Assembly: GCA_010093995.1 (NCBI GenBank)
Contig: ML992507.1
Location: 140,781-204,780, forward strand
Length of the DNA: 64,000 nt
Source of the DNA: Elsinoe ampelina
Lineage: Eukaryota
Reading direction: 5' to 3'
This document shows positions 61,561 through 64,000 of this stretch, one piece after another. The notes under the pieces were generated by a model that was not told the origin of the DNA, made no database searches, and was given only the letters and a program-made list of their open reading frames with translations. Made by a program: the position numbers and the translations under genes. The first letter of the stretch is position 1. Each line of letters opens with the position of its first letter.

Positions 61561-62892
61561 TCAGGTGCGACGCCTCTTCAACAGCATCATCTCAATCATC
61601 ATTCCCGGTCCAAAAGCCGCAGCAACAACATGATCTCTTTTCCCGCCCATCTTCCATAATTTCTCCAACACAATCAACACAGTCGGACTCGACGAGTTCC
61701 CAGTCGTCTTGTACACTTCTCTCGAAGCCCTCAGCTGTCCATCTATCAACCCCATCTCTTTTTCGACCCCATCCAGAATCGTCTTCCCACCAGGATGTAG
61801 CGCCCAGTCAAACCCGTCCTCTCCCATGTTATCCATCTCCGCATGTCGGGCATACTCCAGCAACAACCTCTCGAACAACGGCCTCACCGCGCCCGCAGCA
61901 AACCGTGGTACATTTCTCGAAATCGTAGTCCTGAACCCTAGCACAAGTCAGTCCCTCAATCCAAAGCACCATTCTCAAGAGACAAGACCTACCATCCTCC
62001 TCAAACACCAACCCCATCTCCCCCTCACTCCCCTCCACCGTCTCCATCGCCCCCTCCATCATCTCCAACCACCCATCCCTCCCTCCTCTTTCTCCTCCCC
62101 CTTCCTCTCCCCCCCTCCCCTCCCCCTCCACAACCCCATTAACCACCACCCCCGCCCCAGCCCCATCCCCAAACAACGCCCCCTCCACCCCGGCCCTCCC
62201 CTCCCGTTCCGCGTCCCCCAACACCTTCCTCACAGCAATGGTACACACCTCCACCGCGAAAACCAACACCACCGCCTTCCTCCCCCTCGCTTCCTCCGCC
62301 GCCGCGACATCCCTCGCCACCCGCAGAACACTCATCCCCCCCGCGCAACCCACGCCTTGGAGGAAGACCCTCTGCACCCTCGCGCCAAGGCCCAGGGTGC
62401 GCGCGACGTGGAGATCGATGCCCGGGCAGGAGGAGGTGGTGCATGTTGCGCCGACGAGGTGGGTGATGTCTGCCGGGAGGAAAGGGGTGGCGGAGAGGGC
62501 GTTGAGGCAGGCGGTGGTGGAGAGGGGGATGGAGTGGGTGAGGTGGAGGGCGTGGAGGGTGGGGAGGGGGGGGGGGAGGGGGGAGTGCAGGATTGGGTGG
62601 GACGGGGGGAGGACGGTGGGGCGGGAGGTGATGCCGGTTTTGGTGGAGAGGTGGAGGAGGTGGGCTATGCTGGAGGGGGAGGTTAGGAGGGGTTCAAGGG
62701 ACGGAGATGGGGGAAAGAAAGGGCTTGCCCTGGGTTGGATAGGTCGTGGAAGCGTGCGGCTACGGCTTCGAGGTCCGCGGTCGTGAGGGTGTGTGGTGGG
62801 AACGCTGATCCTAGGCCTGCTATGTACGCCTTGGGACGTGCAATAGGGGTCTTTGATGGTGGTGTCCTGTAGTCCACTGCGTGAGGCGACAT
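61561..62892 (-). CDS. Type III polyketide synthase (chalcone synthase-like)
   Basis: Catalytic triad GVGCAGG (Cys), WALHPGG (His), GNSSS (Asn); LFGDGA, AFGPG; intron 1 is GC-AG (62670-62728), intron 2 is GT-AG (~61938-61992). Confidence 0.93.
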
Positions 62893-64000
62893 GCTGAGGG
62901 ATGCTGCTTACAACCACATGTCTACACCTGCGCCCCTGGTGCTTTTAATCATTCCACAGGTAAGACATGCTGCACCACCACCATATTCTTCATTCAATCT
63001 AATCCATGCCGCTAATCGACCATCTGGGGTCGGGAAGGGCCGCACTAAAGCCGTCGGCGCTCTGGGAAGGGGATTCTGGGTGCTTATACGGGTGGCCTTA
63101 CAGATTTGGCAGCGCCTTTTTGTCGGGAAGCGAAGCAGGTCGGTCATGTCCGGCCAATTGGTGAGACTTGCGAGGACCGCGGAAGATACATGTCATATAG
63201 CTCCGTCCTCGGGTGTGATGTCGCGTCTTGGTATGTTCTGCTTGTCTACACAATCGTGCTGCAAAGAGAAGGTCCTCACGTGTTTGGGCCGGGTTTCTGC
63301 TGCCTGGCTGCTTGTCTTTGGGGACAGCTCGACTTGTGTGACTCGTCTTTCCAATGGCGTACGCGGTCTAAGCCTCATATTTGTCCCCTCGAGTCATGGC
63401 TGCCCGTTCGACTTGTGCTCAATGATCGTATGGTGTGAGCTATGCTGGGTCCGAAAACTCCATCAAAGTATAAAAATCGATCCGCCATCTTCTTACCTAC
63501 CAGACTTTGCTGAGACATCCTGTAAGCCCGCCCTGGCGCAGGAGCTGGCTGGTTCCGATCGTGACGTGGTCATGGACCCCTTCAGGCCTAGACAGCTGAA
63601 GACATGCCTTGATCGCGCGGCAAGCAGTATGCCTTGCATTACCTGTCCATACAAGTCATCTACTTGTCAAGACTGACGCATCACAAGACTGTCATTGTAT
63701 AACTGGGACAGGTGAATGAAGATCCAAACACTGAGGAAGTCGTGTCTTTGGACCGGTACAGTGGGTACGCTAGCCTGTTGAGGTTGTCAAAAGTGTTGGT
63801 TTTTGAACCGAAGACATCGACCACGATGACTCGTCGACGAACGACACTTTTTGTGTCTCTTGGTCAGTATGTTTGCTGTACTATTCAATGACCGAGAATA
63901 ACATTAGCTTCGCAACAGTGATGAAAGTTGTCGCGATCAAAAGGTGAGAGGTGACATTTCAAGATATCCCCCAACAAGATCAAAACTCATCTACCAACTT

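Noticed and set aside
61709..62786. 325-aa and 182-aa plus-strand ORFs
   Set aside because: Antisense shadows of the type III PKS caused by skewed composition
62891..63676. 261-aa ORF upstream of the PKS
   Set aside because: No recognisable domain; it overlaps the PKS start and promoter with no room for its own promoter

Overview
Eukaryotic genomic DNA from a filamentous ascomycete (short GT-AG introns with CTRAC branch points, RIP-type mutation); the species cannot be fixed from sequence alone. The window opens with a RIP-degraded LTR retrotransposon end (1-1796), followed by a gene-dense region of about 27 genes and remnants. These include a Cys-rich secreted orphan, a PTS1-bearing MDR oxidoreductase, ferric reductase, GT34, GT90 (split by one in-frame TGA), UCH37/Uch2, a collapsed three-gene pseudogene cluster (TfdA/TauD dioxygenase, DHDPS-like aldolase, Zn2Cys6 regulator), two PTH11-like membrane proteins, an O-methyltransferase, glutaminyl-tRNA synthetase, a 5-exon I9 protease inhibitor missed by the ORF track, a PDK/BCKDK kinase, a Whi5/Nrm1-family protein, an AAA+ ATPase, a secreted bacterial-type ABC solute-binding protein, an SDR, GT69, glycerate kinase, a DHA1 MFS transporter, a divergent glucoamylase/alpha-amylase pair (both with CBM20), an Old Yellow Enzyme and a type III PKS. 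All exon models were read by hand, and family calls rest on motif recognition rather than database searches.
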